Of a DNA stretch of 64,000 nt, positions 36,560 through 44,802 are shown in pieces. Positions within the stretch are counted from its first letter, which is position 1. Every line of letters starts with the position of its first letter. The DNA comes from Magnetococcales bacterium (GTDB lineage: Bacteria > Pseudomonadota > Magnetococcia > Magnetococcales > JADFYX01): assembly GCA_002753565.1 (NCBI GenBank), contig PEAM01000002.1, positions 138,783-202,782 on the forward strand, given 5' to 3'. The notes beneath the pieces are model-generated. The model did no database searches. It was not told where the DNA came from and was given only the letters and a program-made list of their open reading frames with translations. The position numbers and the translations under genes are program-made.

Positions 36560-37173
36560 CGGGAGGCGTCAACCGGCTCTTTCATCCGTTCCTGCCGTCG
36601 TTTGAGAATGTAGCGCAGCTCTTCCGACATATCGGACTGGTTAACCAACTGGGCAGGCTCTGCCCTGGTTGGTTTGGTAGAAGAGGAGGGGCGGGTGGCG
36701 GTTGGGTTGCTGTGGGCGGTCAGCCCTTTTTTTTCCGCTTGGCTGCGGGCCATGCTCTCCAGTTCGGCGACTCTCTCTTCGCTGATACCCAATTTGGTTG
36801 CCAGGGCACCCAAAAGGGATCTGTCGCTGGCAGAAAGCGGTTGATTGAGGGAGAGACCCGATGCCTCCGCCTTCTCTTGGAAGCTCTGCAGTTGCTCTTT
36901 CAGGTCGGCTTTGTCCAGAGACTGCCAATCCTCTTTGGAGCCTTGACCTTGAAGAATAGCCAAGGCACCTGGCTGCTTTTCAATCAGCTCTTGCGCGGAT
37001 TTCAGGGTTTCGGTACCCAATGAAAATTTATTTTGCAGGGTTTCGAAGAGGGTCGGTTTTTTTCCGTCCTGTTTTTCTGCCCGAGCCTGCCAGCCGTCCC
37101 CCCCATCGTCGGATGCGTTAGAGCATCCTGCCAGGGTGACTAACAACAATATGAACCCAACCCACCGTTCCAT
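36556..37173 (-). CDS. Hypothetical lipoprotein embedded in bio operon
   Basis: 205 aa with lipobox 'LLLVTLAGCS'. The remainder is low-complexity and charged with no recognisable domain. Confidence 0.6.
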   Translation of the reverse strand: MERWVGFILLLVTLAGCSNASDDGGDGWQARAEKQDGKKPTLFETLQNKFSLGTETLKSAQELIEKQPGALAILQGQGSKEDWQSLDKADLKEQLQSFQEKAEASGLSLNQPLSASDRSLLGALATKLGISEERVAELESMARSQAEKKGLTAHSNPTATRPSSSTKPTRAEPAQLVNQSDMSEELRYILKRRQERMKEPVDASR

Positions 37174-37194
37174 GATCCCTCCATCACCCTGTGC

Positions 37195-38208
37195 CTAGCC
37201 GGTTACCTCTTCGATTCGTTCCACAAAAAAGCCGGCATCTTTGATCATTTGTAACGTCTGGTCTGCCCCCTGACCGCCGACGTTGAGGTACCCTTCGCTA
37301 AAAAGGGAGTTGGCTGGATAGAGGGCCAGGCTCTCCAGCGTGCGTAAATTGATCTCTCGTCCCCCCGCTGCCCGAATCTCGGCATCGGGATTACTCAATC
37401 TAAACAGGGCGAGTGTCCTCAAACAGTAGGTTGGTGTCAACTGATTTATTTCCCCCAATTTGGCGCCGGGTACATGAACGTAAAAGTTGACGGGAATGGA
37501 GCGGGCGTTCAACTCGCGAAGTTTTTGCGAGACGGTCCAGATCTCTTCCGGGCTCTCACCCATGCCGATGATCAGCCCACTGCACACCTCCAGCCCAACC
37601 GACTTGGCGGCCTCCAGAGTAGCCAACCGCTGACTGTAGGAGTGGGTCGTACAGATCTCGCCGTAGTGGGATTCGGAGGTGTTGAGATTATGGTTATAGC
37701 GGTTCAGCCCCGCCTCTTTAAGTTGGGCTGCGGCCGATTCATCAATAAAACCGGCAGAGAGACAGACCTCAACCGGATATTCAGCCTTAATACGTCGAAC
37801 CAGGCTGGCCATCTGCTCCACCCGCTTTTGGTCTGGCTGCCGACCAGAGAGGACGATACAGTAGCGATAGGCGCCGGTCTCGTGGGCCACCTTGGCACCC
37901 GCCATGATCTCCTCATCGGGTTTGATCTTATATTTTTCGATGGCTGCTTCGCTATCCACCGCCTGAGCGCAATAGTTGCAGTCTTCGGGGCAGAGTCCGT
38001 TCTGGACATTGTTGAGGATGTGGACCCGAACCCCCAGGCCAAAGTACTGTTTGCGCACCTGAAAAGCCGCCTGCAGCAAAGGCAACAGTTCCACCGCAGG
38101 GTCGGTCAAGATTCTCAACCCCTCTTCCCGAGTGAGACTCTCCCCAGCCAGGGCTGTTTGGGTCAGGTGTTGATAAAAATCTTCTGTAAGGGTCGCGGTT
38201 TCATTCAT
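37195..38208 (-). CDS. bioB: Biotin synthase (radical SAM)
   Basis: 337 aa with 'GLCPEDCNYCAQ' (CX3CX2C) and typical BioB length and layout. Confidence 0.95.
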   Translation of the reverse strand: MNETATLTEDFYQHLTQTALAGESLTREEGLRILTDPAVELLPLLQAAFQVRKQYFGLGVRVHILNNVQNGLCPEDCNYCAQAVDSEAAIEKYKIKPDEEIMAGAKVAHETGAYRYCIVLSGRQPDQKRVEQMASLVRRIKAEYPVEVCLSAGFIDESAAAQLKEAGLNRYNHNLNTSESHYGEICTTHSYSQRLATLEAAKSVGLEVCSGLIIGMGESPEEIWTVSQKLRELNARSIPVNFYVHVPGAKLGEINQLTPTYCLRTLALFRLSNPDAEIRAAGGREINLRTLESLALYPANSLFSEGYLNVGGQGADQTLQMIKDAGFFVERIEEVTG

Positions 38209-38222
38209 GGGTAGGTATCCAA

Positions 38223-38993
38223 TTATTCCTTGGTAAAGCAGCCGTAAAGTAGATGGTAGGTTGCCAAAAAAAAGCGGTTGTTGCCGTTAACATGTCGCAG
38301 AGCACGACGCAGTGCCCCGCCAGAAGCCGGTAAATGATGGCTGGCAGGGAGAGCGGTGCCAATCTGTTTCAACCCCCGTAAAAAAGCCAGGGGAGAGGGG
38401 TGGGTCTCCTCCAGATAGGCCTCCACCATCTCTCCTTCTCCCCCCCGAGGCCAGTTGTTGGTCCACACTTGTTGGGTGGGATAGCTGTGCAGGCCACAGG
38501 GAATCTGCTGTTGATCACAGAGGCTGCGCCACTCATGGAAGGTCTGCTCTCCCAGGGTCATAAAGGCAATCCGCCCCCCCGGCGCCAGTTTTTGGCAGAG
38601 AGTTGCCAAATTACCGATGGGATCGTTAAACCACTGAAAGGCCAAGCTGGATACGATCAGATCGAAGGGGCCATCTTCTGAGAGATTTTCACCATCCAAG
38701 ACCTTAAACACCACCCGCTCCAATCCACACCCCTGCAACTGCTCTTGGCAGCGGGCAACCATAGCGGGAGAGATATCCGACAACAGAAGGTGACCATGGG
38801 GCCACAGAGTGAGCAGATGCTGACTTAAAAAGCCGGTGCCGCAGCCGATCTCCAGAATACGGGGGTGAGCCGGTAGCTTGAAAGGGGCGATGTGGGTCGC
38901 CAACCGTTGTGCCACCCGGCGTTGAAGAGTAGCCTGTTGATGGTAGTGGCTGGCCTGGCCAAACTGCTCGGCCACACGGGATCGGGATACCAT
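38223..38993 (-). CDS. bioC: Malonyl-[ACP] O-methyltransferase
   Basis: Start at ATG 38993 ('MVSRSRVAEQFGQASHYHQQATLQR', BioC-like N-terminus), sharing 1 nt with the bioH stop (TGATG). SAM motif 'ILEIGCGTGFLS'. The ORF track start at 39002 is a GTG. Confidence 0.8.
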   Translation of the reverse strand: MVSRSRVAEQFGQASHYHQQATLQRRVAQRLATHIAPFKLPAHPRILEIGCGTGFLSQHLLTLWPHGHLLLSDISPAMVARCQEQLQGCGLERVVFKVLDGENLSEDGPFDLIVSSLAFQWFNDPIGNLATLCQKLAPGGRIAFMTLGEQTFHEWRSLCDQQQIPCGLHSYPTQQVWTNNWPRGGEGEMVEAYLEETHPSPLAFLRGLKQIGTALPASHHLPASGGALRRALRHVNGNNRFFLATYHLLYGCFTKE

Positions 38994-39691
38994 CAGCCCC
39001 ACCTCGTGTAAAAGTGTTTGATCTCTGCCTCAATGGGGTCCATGTGGCTCAATAGTCCCAGGTGTCCGCCCCCGGTCAGCCAGTGGATTTGGTCCGTTTG
39101 GTTGCCAAACAGAGGCGCAAAAGAGGCTTCGGTTATCTGAGGGGTGACAATCTCATCATCCCGGTTGGCCAAAACCAGAATCGGTTTTTTCCAGTGACGG
39201 ATAACCTGCCGCCCATCCCACGCACCCAGCCACTCAAGCCCCTGGGCCAGAGCGTTGGGATCGAGGCGCTGTTTGGCGGCATCGCTGAGAAAGTTGTCAG
39301 ATGACAGACCCCCCAACGCCCGAAAATCGGCTAACACCCGGATGGGATCTCGGCGAAGGCCGCTCTTCATGCGTCGCAACAGATGCGGATGGACCCCCTG
39401 GCTAAAATCCTCCCCTTGGGCAAAACGGCAAAAACCGTTGACACTGATTAAGCCAGCAACCTGCTCACCCCACGGGGCATTTTGGCTCAACTGCCTGAGA
39501 ATCCAGAGAAAACCAAGGGAGTGACCCACGGCAATCAGGGGGCGGTCGGTGGGGATAGCCAGCTTTGGCTTGCCATAAAAGCCAAAATCCAGCGCAAGGT
39601 GAGGCGGATTGTCCAACCGTTTCAGGAGTTTTCGCCAGACACCACCCCCCAATCCCCAACCATGGACCAATAACAGGGTAGGCTGGCTCAT
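38993..39691 (-). CDS. bioH: Pimeloyl-[ACP] methyl ester esterase (alpha/beta hydrolase)
   Basis: Start at ATG 39691 ('MSQPTLLLVHGWGLGGGVW'), overlapping the bioF stop (ATGA). The nucleophile elbow is 'GHSLG'. The 60-aa upstream extension in the ORF track overlaps bioF. Confidence 0.75.
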   Translation of the reverse strand: MSQPTLLLVHGWGLGGGVWRKLLKRLDNPPHLALDFGFYGKPKLAIPTDRPLIAVGHSLGFLWILRQLSQNAPWGEQVAGLISVNGFCRFAQGEDFSQGVHPHLLRRMKSGLRRDPIRVLADFRALGGLSSDNFLSDAAKQRLDPNALAQGLEWLGAWDGRQVIRHWKKPILVLANRDDEIVTPQITEASFAPLFGNQTDQIHWLTGGGHLGLLSHMDPIEAEIKHFYTRWG

Positions 39692-40884
39692 GATCCATCC
39701 ACCTTTTGCACCGACTGAATCACCGAAGCAATCAGTCGATCCACCGCTTCTGGGCTGTGATGGGCGGTGAGGGAGAGCCGCAGACGGCTTTTTCCCACCG
39801 GTACCGCCGGTGGGCGAATGGCAATGCCGAGTATGCCGCTCTTCTCCAGAGAGCGACTGACCGCCAAACATCGTTCGTTATCACCCAGAATAACCGGAAT
39901 AATCTGGGTACTGGAGGCCCCCACATCCAGGTTGGCCTCTGTTAAGGCTTTGCGAACCCGCTCACTCTCTGCCAACAGCCGTTGGCGAACCTCGCCTAAA
40001 GAGGGGATTAGTGCCAGCGCCCCCTCCATTGCTCCCAGTACCGCCGGAGGTAGGGCGGTGGCAAAGATAAAGCTGCTACAGTGGTTGATTAAAAAATCCC
40101 GCAGAGTCTGGGAACAGGCCGCATAGGCCCCAAATCCCCCCAACCCTTTACTGAAGGTACCCATGACCAGATCGGCCTTGTGAGGGAAGGCCGTGGACAG
40201 GCCAAAACCCTCCGGCCCCAACACACCGGCTGCATGGGCCTCATCCAGATAGAGAAAAGCGTTGTAGCGCTCTTTAAGGGTAAAGAGGGCGGCAAGGTCC
40301 GCTCGGTCGCCATCCATGCTGAACACCGTCTCCGAGAGGATAAACCGGGGGCCGGGGGGGCTTTTTTTGAGCAGATCCTCCAGGTGGTTCATATCGTTGT
40401 GCCGATAGCGGGTCTGCTTGATGCCGGCAGCCCGGCAGCCGTGGTGCATGGAGGCGTGGTTGAGTCGGTCGGAAAAAACCTGGGGGGTGGCTTTTAAAAT
40501 GGTTCGGTCCAGAAGAGCGGCCAAGATACCGCTGTTGGCCTGAAAACCAGAGTTGAATACCAGGGCCGCTTCACACTTTTTCCCCGCCACCAACCGTTTC
40601 TCAACCTGTTCAAACAGGGCCAGATTCCCACACACCAACCGAGAAGCGGTGGCGCCGGTTCCCCATGTTTGGGTCCACGCCTGGGCTTGGGCTGTTAGGG
40701 CAGGATGGTTGGCCAGACCCATGTAGTCGTTGGAAGAGAAATTCAGCAACCATCGGCCATCCAGTTGAATACGGCCCGATTGATTGGCCCCGACGGGTCG
40801 CAAGGTTCGCCAGAGGCCGGTATTTTTTCGTTGCTGGCACTCATTTTGATAGGGGGAGAGGGGCATTGTTCCAGTTATTCCCAT
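39688..40884 (-). CDS. bioF: 8-amino-7-oxononanoate synthase
   Basis: 398 aa with 'FSSNDYMGLANHP' and the PLP Lys in 'GTFSKGLGGFGAY'. It is the first gene of the bio operon. Confidence 0.9.
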   Translation of the reverse strand: MGITGTMPLSPYQNECQQRKNTGLWRTLRPVGANQSGRIQLDGRWLLNFSSNDYMGLANHPALTAQAQAWTQTWGTGATASRLVCGNLALFEQVEKRLVAGKKCEAALVFNSGFQANSGILAALLDRTILKATPQVFSDRLNHASMHHGCRAAGIKQTRYRHNDMNHLEDLLKKSPPGPRFILSETVFSMDGDRADLAALFTLKERYNAFLYLDEAHAAGVLGPEGFGLSTAFPHKADLVMGTFSKGLGGFGAYAACSQTLRDFLINHCSSFIFATALPPAVLGAMEGALALIPSLGEVRQRLLAESERVRKALTEANLDVGASSTQIIPVILGDNERCLAVSRSLEKSGILGIAIRPPAVPVGKSRLRLSLTAHHSPEAVDRLIASVIQSVQKVDGS

Positions 40885-40937
40885 TCAAATCCATCCCCCA
40901 TTCCATACAGGGGGGGCTATTATCCAGTGAGCACCCT

Positions 40938-40971
40938 TAGTAAACCCTGGTTGCTCTCATCAGGTTTACTA
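40938..40971 (-). promoter_or_regulatory. BirA-type biotin operator (bioO-like inverted repeat)
   Basis: TAGTAAACC (40938-40946), a 16-nt spacer, then GGTTTACTA (40963-40971). This has the same architecture as E. coli bioO half-sites TTGTAAACC-N16-GGTTTACAA. It lies 54-87 nt upstream of the bioF start. Confidence 0.6.
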
Positions 40972-41242
40972 TGGTGCCAGTGGGTCAATCAAGTCAACCG
41001 GGATTGCGTGCCGGACTCCTTTTTCAAAGGGTGCAGCACCTGCCCATGAAAAGAGGAGATGAAATAATCGATAACGCTTCTGCCGGCGGGAAAAGGGGTG
41101 ACCAGCAAAACCAGAATCACAAACTCAAGTGTAGAAGCCGATAATCTCCAGAGCCTCCGTACCATCTGAAAAACATTGATGGCTCGTTCAATCCTCCATT
41201 GTGAAATAAGGGGTCGCATTTCTGCTCGCAGCCATCTAATCT

Positions 41243-42166
41243 ATGGCTCATCTCATTGAATCGATATTCCCCTCAACCCTTGGCGTCGATCAACAGCAAG
41301 TGGGTCCCATAACGGAGCGTAGAAAGCCGATGAACTCTGTTGTAAGCCGGATTAAGTCGATGTATTGGTCTGTGTGTGCCGGGATGGAAGATCCCCGTAA
41401 AAGCTATTATACCCTGTTGAAAAAGCAAAATAGATATTTTGCTCGTCTGGCAATCCAGGGGATGAAATGGCGAGGTTTTTCCCCCGAGCCCATCCACCCG
41501 AAACATCTGTTCAACTGTCCGGGCCACAGCTATCTCGCCCCTTTTTTAAAGCCGGGTATTCACTTTCTGGATGTCGGCTCCGGTTCGGGATCCGACTGCA
41601 TCAAAGCCCTTCAGGAGGGGGCATCTGTTGTGGTTGGCATAGAGTATGATTCCGAAAAAATTGCGCTCTCCCAGGCCCGTGCCAAAAAGTTAGGATTGGT
41701 GCTGACCATCCTTCCCCTGGATCTGGAAAAGGCCGACTACCCCTTTGCCGACAAGAGCTTTGATCTCATCAACCTCTCGGATGTGCTCGAGCATCTCAAC
41801 AACCGAAAGGGGTGTCTGACAGAGCTGGCCCGGATTAAAAAAAAGGCGGCTCCCATCCTTATCAGCATTCCCAATGCCGATACCCGCTGGAAAAAACAGC
41901 TTCGTCGTGCTGGTGTCGACTCTCGGGATGATGGCGACCATAAAATCGAATATAGCCAGGAGACCATCCAGGCAGAGATTCAACAAGCCGGCCTTCAGAT
42001 AAAGAGCGATCTAACCCCGATTATTCCCAGCTTTCCCTGGAATGGCGTGATCGCCCTGAGTGCGGTACTCTCTCCGGCGCTCTATCGGCGGTTGCAGCAG
42101 TGGAAATATGCGTATGCCAAACGCCATCCCGAGGAGTCCATAGGCTGGTCTTTTTGGGTTGTTTAA
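41243..42166 (+). CDS. Class I SAM-dependent methyltransferase
   Basis: 307 aa with motif I 'HFLDVGSGSGSD' and 'DLINLSDVLEHL'. The start is uncertain (alternative ATG at 41330). Confidence 0.7.
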   Translation: MAHLIESIFPSTLGVDQQQVGPITERRKPMNSVVSRIKSMYWSVCAGMEDPRKSYYTLLKKQNRYFARLAIQGMKWRGFSPEPIHPKHLFNCPGHSYLAPFLKPGIHFLDVGSGSGSDCIKALQEGASVVVGIEYDSEKIALSQARAKKLGLVLTILPLDLEKADYPFADKSFDLINLSDVLEHLNNRKGCLTELARIKKKAAPILISIPNADTRWKKQLRRAGVDSRDDGDHKIEYSQETIQAEIQQAGLQIKSDLTPIIPSFPWNGVIALSAVLSPALYRRLQQWKYAYAKRHPEESIGWSFWVV

Positions 42167-42196
42167 CGCCGGTTTTTATAAAAGGGATCAAAAGAC

Positions 42197-43555
42197 GTGG
42201 CAAAAGAGAAACAGCACTTTGTCTGTGGTGATTGTGGGGCCGATTTTGGTCGCTGGGAGGGAAAGTGTGCCGCCTGCGGGGGGTGGAATACCCTGAAATC
42301 CTTCAATCCTGGTCGTGGCAGCGGCCGGAAGGGTGGTGCCAATAGCACCATGCCAAGGTCCGAACCCATCCCTCTCTCCCAAATTGCCAACGGAGGAGGG
42401 GCGCGAATCCAGGTGGCAATCGGCGAGTTCAATCGTGTGCTGGGTGGCGGCCTGACCCCCGGCTCGGTCTCCCTGATTGCCGGAGACCCCGGAATCGGAA
42501 AATCGACCCTGCTCATGGAGGCCCTGGCATCCTTGGCAGAGGCCCTTCCGGTGCTTTATGTCTCCGGGGAGGAGTCTCCTCAACAGCTCAAACAGCGGGC
42601 GGATCGCTTGGGGGTTCAGGGGGATAACTTTCCGGTTTTAATGGAAAATCGCCTGGAGGAGGTGGTTCGGGTCGTGGAGGAGACCGGACCGGCCGTCTTG
42701 GTGGTGGATTCGGTCCAGACTTTGGCCAGTGATGATATTCCCGCTGCCGCTGGCGCCGTCACCCAGGTTAGAGAGTGTGCAGCCCGCCTGATCGCCCAGG
42801 CCAAACATCGAAATATGGCCATGTTTTTGGTTGGTCATGTCACCAAAGAGGGGCAGATTGCCGGGCCTCGGGTGTTGGAGCATATGGTGGATACGGTCCT
42901 CTATTTTGAGGGGGAGCGAGGCCACGACTACCGCATTCTTCGGGCGGTAAAAAACCGTTTTGGTCCCGCCAACGAGATTGGGGTGTTCGAAATGCGTGAG
43001 AATGGTCTGGTGGAGGTGACAAACCCCTCCCAACTGTTTCTCTCGGAGCGGGTGCAGGGCGCGGCCGGGTCGGTGGTTTTTGCCGGGATGGAGGGGACCC
43101 GCCCGGTGCTGCTGGAGATCCAGTCTCTGGTTGCGCCCAGCCCCTTGGCCCAGCCCCGCCGTACCACCTTGGGGTGGGACAGCAACCGGTTGGCCATGTT
43201 GACAGCGGTGTTGGAAAAACGGTTGGGATTGGGTCTCTTCAGCCATGATATTTTTTTGAACATTGCCGGCGGTTTTCGCATTACCGAAACTGCAGCCGAT
43301 CTGGCGGTAGCCGCCTCTCTTTTTGCCTCCCACCGTAACATCAGCGTGGATGCCGGTTTGGTGGTGATAGGAGAGGTGGGCTTGGCCGGAGAGGTTCGAG
43401 CCGTCTCTCACGCCATCACCCGAATCAAAGAGGCTGCCAAGCTTGGCTTCAACCGCTGTCTTCTACCCAAAAAAGTCTTTAACAACCTACCGGAAAACCT
43501 CCCCATCCGCACCGACCCTATCGCCTCCATCGAGGAGATGGCAGAGCTGTTATAG
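42197..43555 (+). CDS. radA: DNA repair protein RadA (Sms)
   Basis: 452 aa with a GTG start. It has zinc finger 'CGDCGADFGRWEGKCAACGGW', Walker A 'GDPGIGKSTL', the 'KNRFG' motif and a Lon-like C-terminus. Confidence 0.95.
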   Translation: MAKEKQHFVCGDCGADFGRWEGKCAACGGWNTLKSFNPGRGSGRKGGANSTMPRSEPIPLSQIANGGGARIQVAIGEFNRVLGGGLTPGSVSLIAGDPGIGKSTLLMEALASLAEALPVLYVSGEESPQQLKQRADRLGVQGDNFPVLMENRLEEVVRVVEETGPAVLVVDSVQTLASDDIPAAAGAVTQVRECAARLIAQAKHRNMAMFLVGHVTKEGQIAGPRVLEHMVDTVLYFEGERGHDYRILRAVKNRFGPANEIGVFEMRENGLVEVTNPSQLFLSERVQGAAGSVVFAGMEGTRPVLLEIQSLVAPSPLAQPRRTTLGWDSNRLAMLTAVLEKRLGLGLFSHDIFLNIAGGFRITETAADLAVAASLFASHRNISVDAGLVVIGEVGLAGEVRAVSHAITRIKEAAKLGFNRCLLPKKVFNNLPENLPIRTDPIASIEEMAELL

Positions 43556-43704
43556 CTTAAAAAAACAGTTGCCTGGGTCCAGGGAAGAGACTGCGAAGCG
43601 CCATCTTTCACTTCAGATTGATAGAGATTTGCCGAAATAGAATAAAGATGAGATTTACACCTGTGATGGATCTCATGGTAGATAAAGGGAAAGCATCTTT
43701 AAAA

Positions 43705-44277
43705 ATGAAGAAAATCTTGACCATGTTACCATCTCGACCCGGCTTAGGCCTTTTTTTCGGACAGCTTTTTCTGGTCAGCCTGCTTTTTTCTCCCCTGGTG
43801 GCTCACAGTGGCTCGACTGGAACAAACAGCTATCGCCAACCAGCCTATATCAGCAACGGATACTTTTCCGACAAGATGATGGCCGAAGGGGATTCGGTAC
43901 AATCACTTTCGATTGTCAAGGCACTGCAATCACAGCAATCTGGTGTGATCGGTTATTTTATTCTGGATCTGATTTTAACCCGGTCGGGTCAACATGAGTT
44001 CAAGGTGAACATACTCAATGAGGCCGGAGTCAAAAAAACCGAGCTGGTCTACCCTCAGGTAAAAGCCAGCAAAGCGTCCCCTTTTCCCCTCTATACGGCC
44101 GTGGGAAGCCTCTCAGGTGAGATCGATCCCGGCATTTGGTTTTTTAAGGTTTATGATCGGGTTGATCAGGCAATGTGGCAACAGTTGGGGACTTTTTCCA
44201 TCATGGTTTTACCCTCAGAAGAGAAAAAAGTATTTATTTCACCTGAAAGCGGAAAAAATCTTGCCCAACAGAACTGA
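43705..44277 (+). CDS. Hypothetical secreted protein
   Basis: I placed the start at the internal ATG 43705 ('MKKILTML...LFLVSLLFSPLVAHSG', signal-peptide-like). No recognisable domain. Confidence 0.5.
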   Translation: MKKILTMLPSRPGLGLFFGQLFLVSLLFSPLVAHSGSTGTNSYRQPAYISNGYFSDKMMAEGDSVQSLSIVKALQSQQSGVIGYFILDLILTRSGQHEFKVNILNEAGVKKTELVYPQVKASKASPFPLYTAVGSLSGEIDPGIWFFKVYDRVDQAMWQQLGTFSIMVLPSEEKKVFISPESGKNLAQQN

Positions 44278-44337
44278 CTGGGGTAGTGTGAGCGCCGTTC
44301 GACATCTACTCAAACCAGAGTGGACGTAAGGAAGAGT

Positions 44338-44416
<79 letters not shown>

Positions 44417-44452
44417 TTTCCAACATCGCCGAATGGCTGATGACTTCGGCTT

Positions 44453-44529
44453 GCGCTCGTAGCTCAACAGGATAGAGCAACGGCCTTCTAAGCCGTAGGT
44501 TACAGGTTCGATTCCTGTCGAGCGCACCA
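44453..44529 (+). tRNA. tRNA-Arg (anticodon TCT)
   Basis: Hand-folded cloverleaf: acceptor GCGCTCG/CGAGCGC, anticodon loop CTTCTAA, T-arm ACAGGTTCGATTCCTGT, an encoded CCA, then a T-run. Confidence 0.9.
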
Positions 44530-44584
44530 TTTTTTCAGTTGACTTTATTTGCCCTTTTTTCCTATCTTCAAAACCCCACCGTAT

Positions 44585-44661
44585 GGCGGTCGTAGCTCAG
44601 TTGGTAGAGTCCCGGATTGTGATTCCGGTTGTCGCGGGTTCAAACCCCGTCGATCGCCCCA
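44585..44661 (+). tRNA. tRNA-His (anticodon GTG) with encoded G-1
   Basis: Hand-folded cloverleaf: an extra 5' G opposite C73, acceptor GCGGTCG/CGATCGC, anticodon loop TTGTGAT, and an encoded CCA followed by T7. Confidence 0.9.
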
Positions 44662-44802
44662 TTTTTTTCTTGCGGCTACTTGGATTCATCACTTCTCACC
44701 CAGCTTTTTTTCCTATACTTCCGGCTCCAGTTGGGCAGCCGGCAGGCCGGGTTTTTGCATGAGTCAGGTGGTGGGCTTTTCGGACACCATGAGGCTGCCG
44801 CT

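Noticed and set aside
40989-41219. A 76-aa minus-strand ORF in the bioF/methyltransferase intergenic region.
   Set aside because: There is no RBS, no homology I recognise and an odd composition. The region is better explained as a divergent promoter/operator region. It cannot be excluded as a small membrane protein without conservation data.
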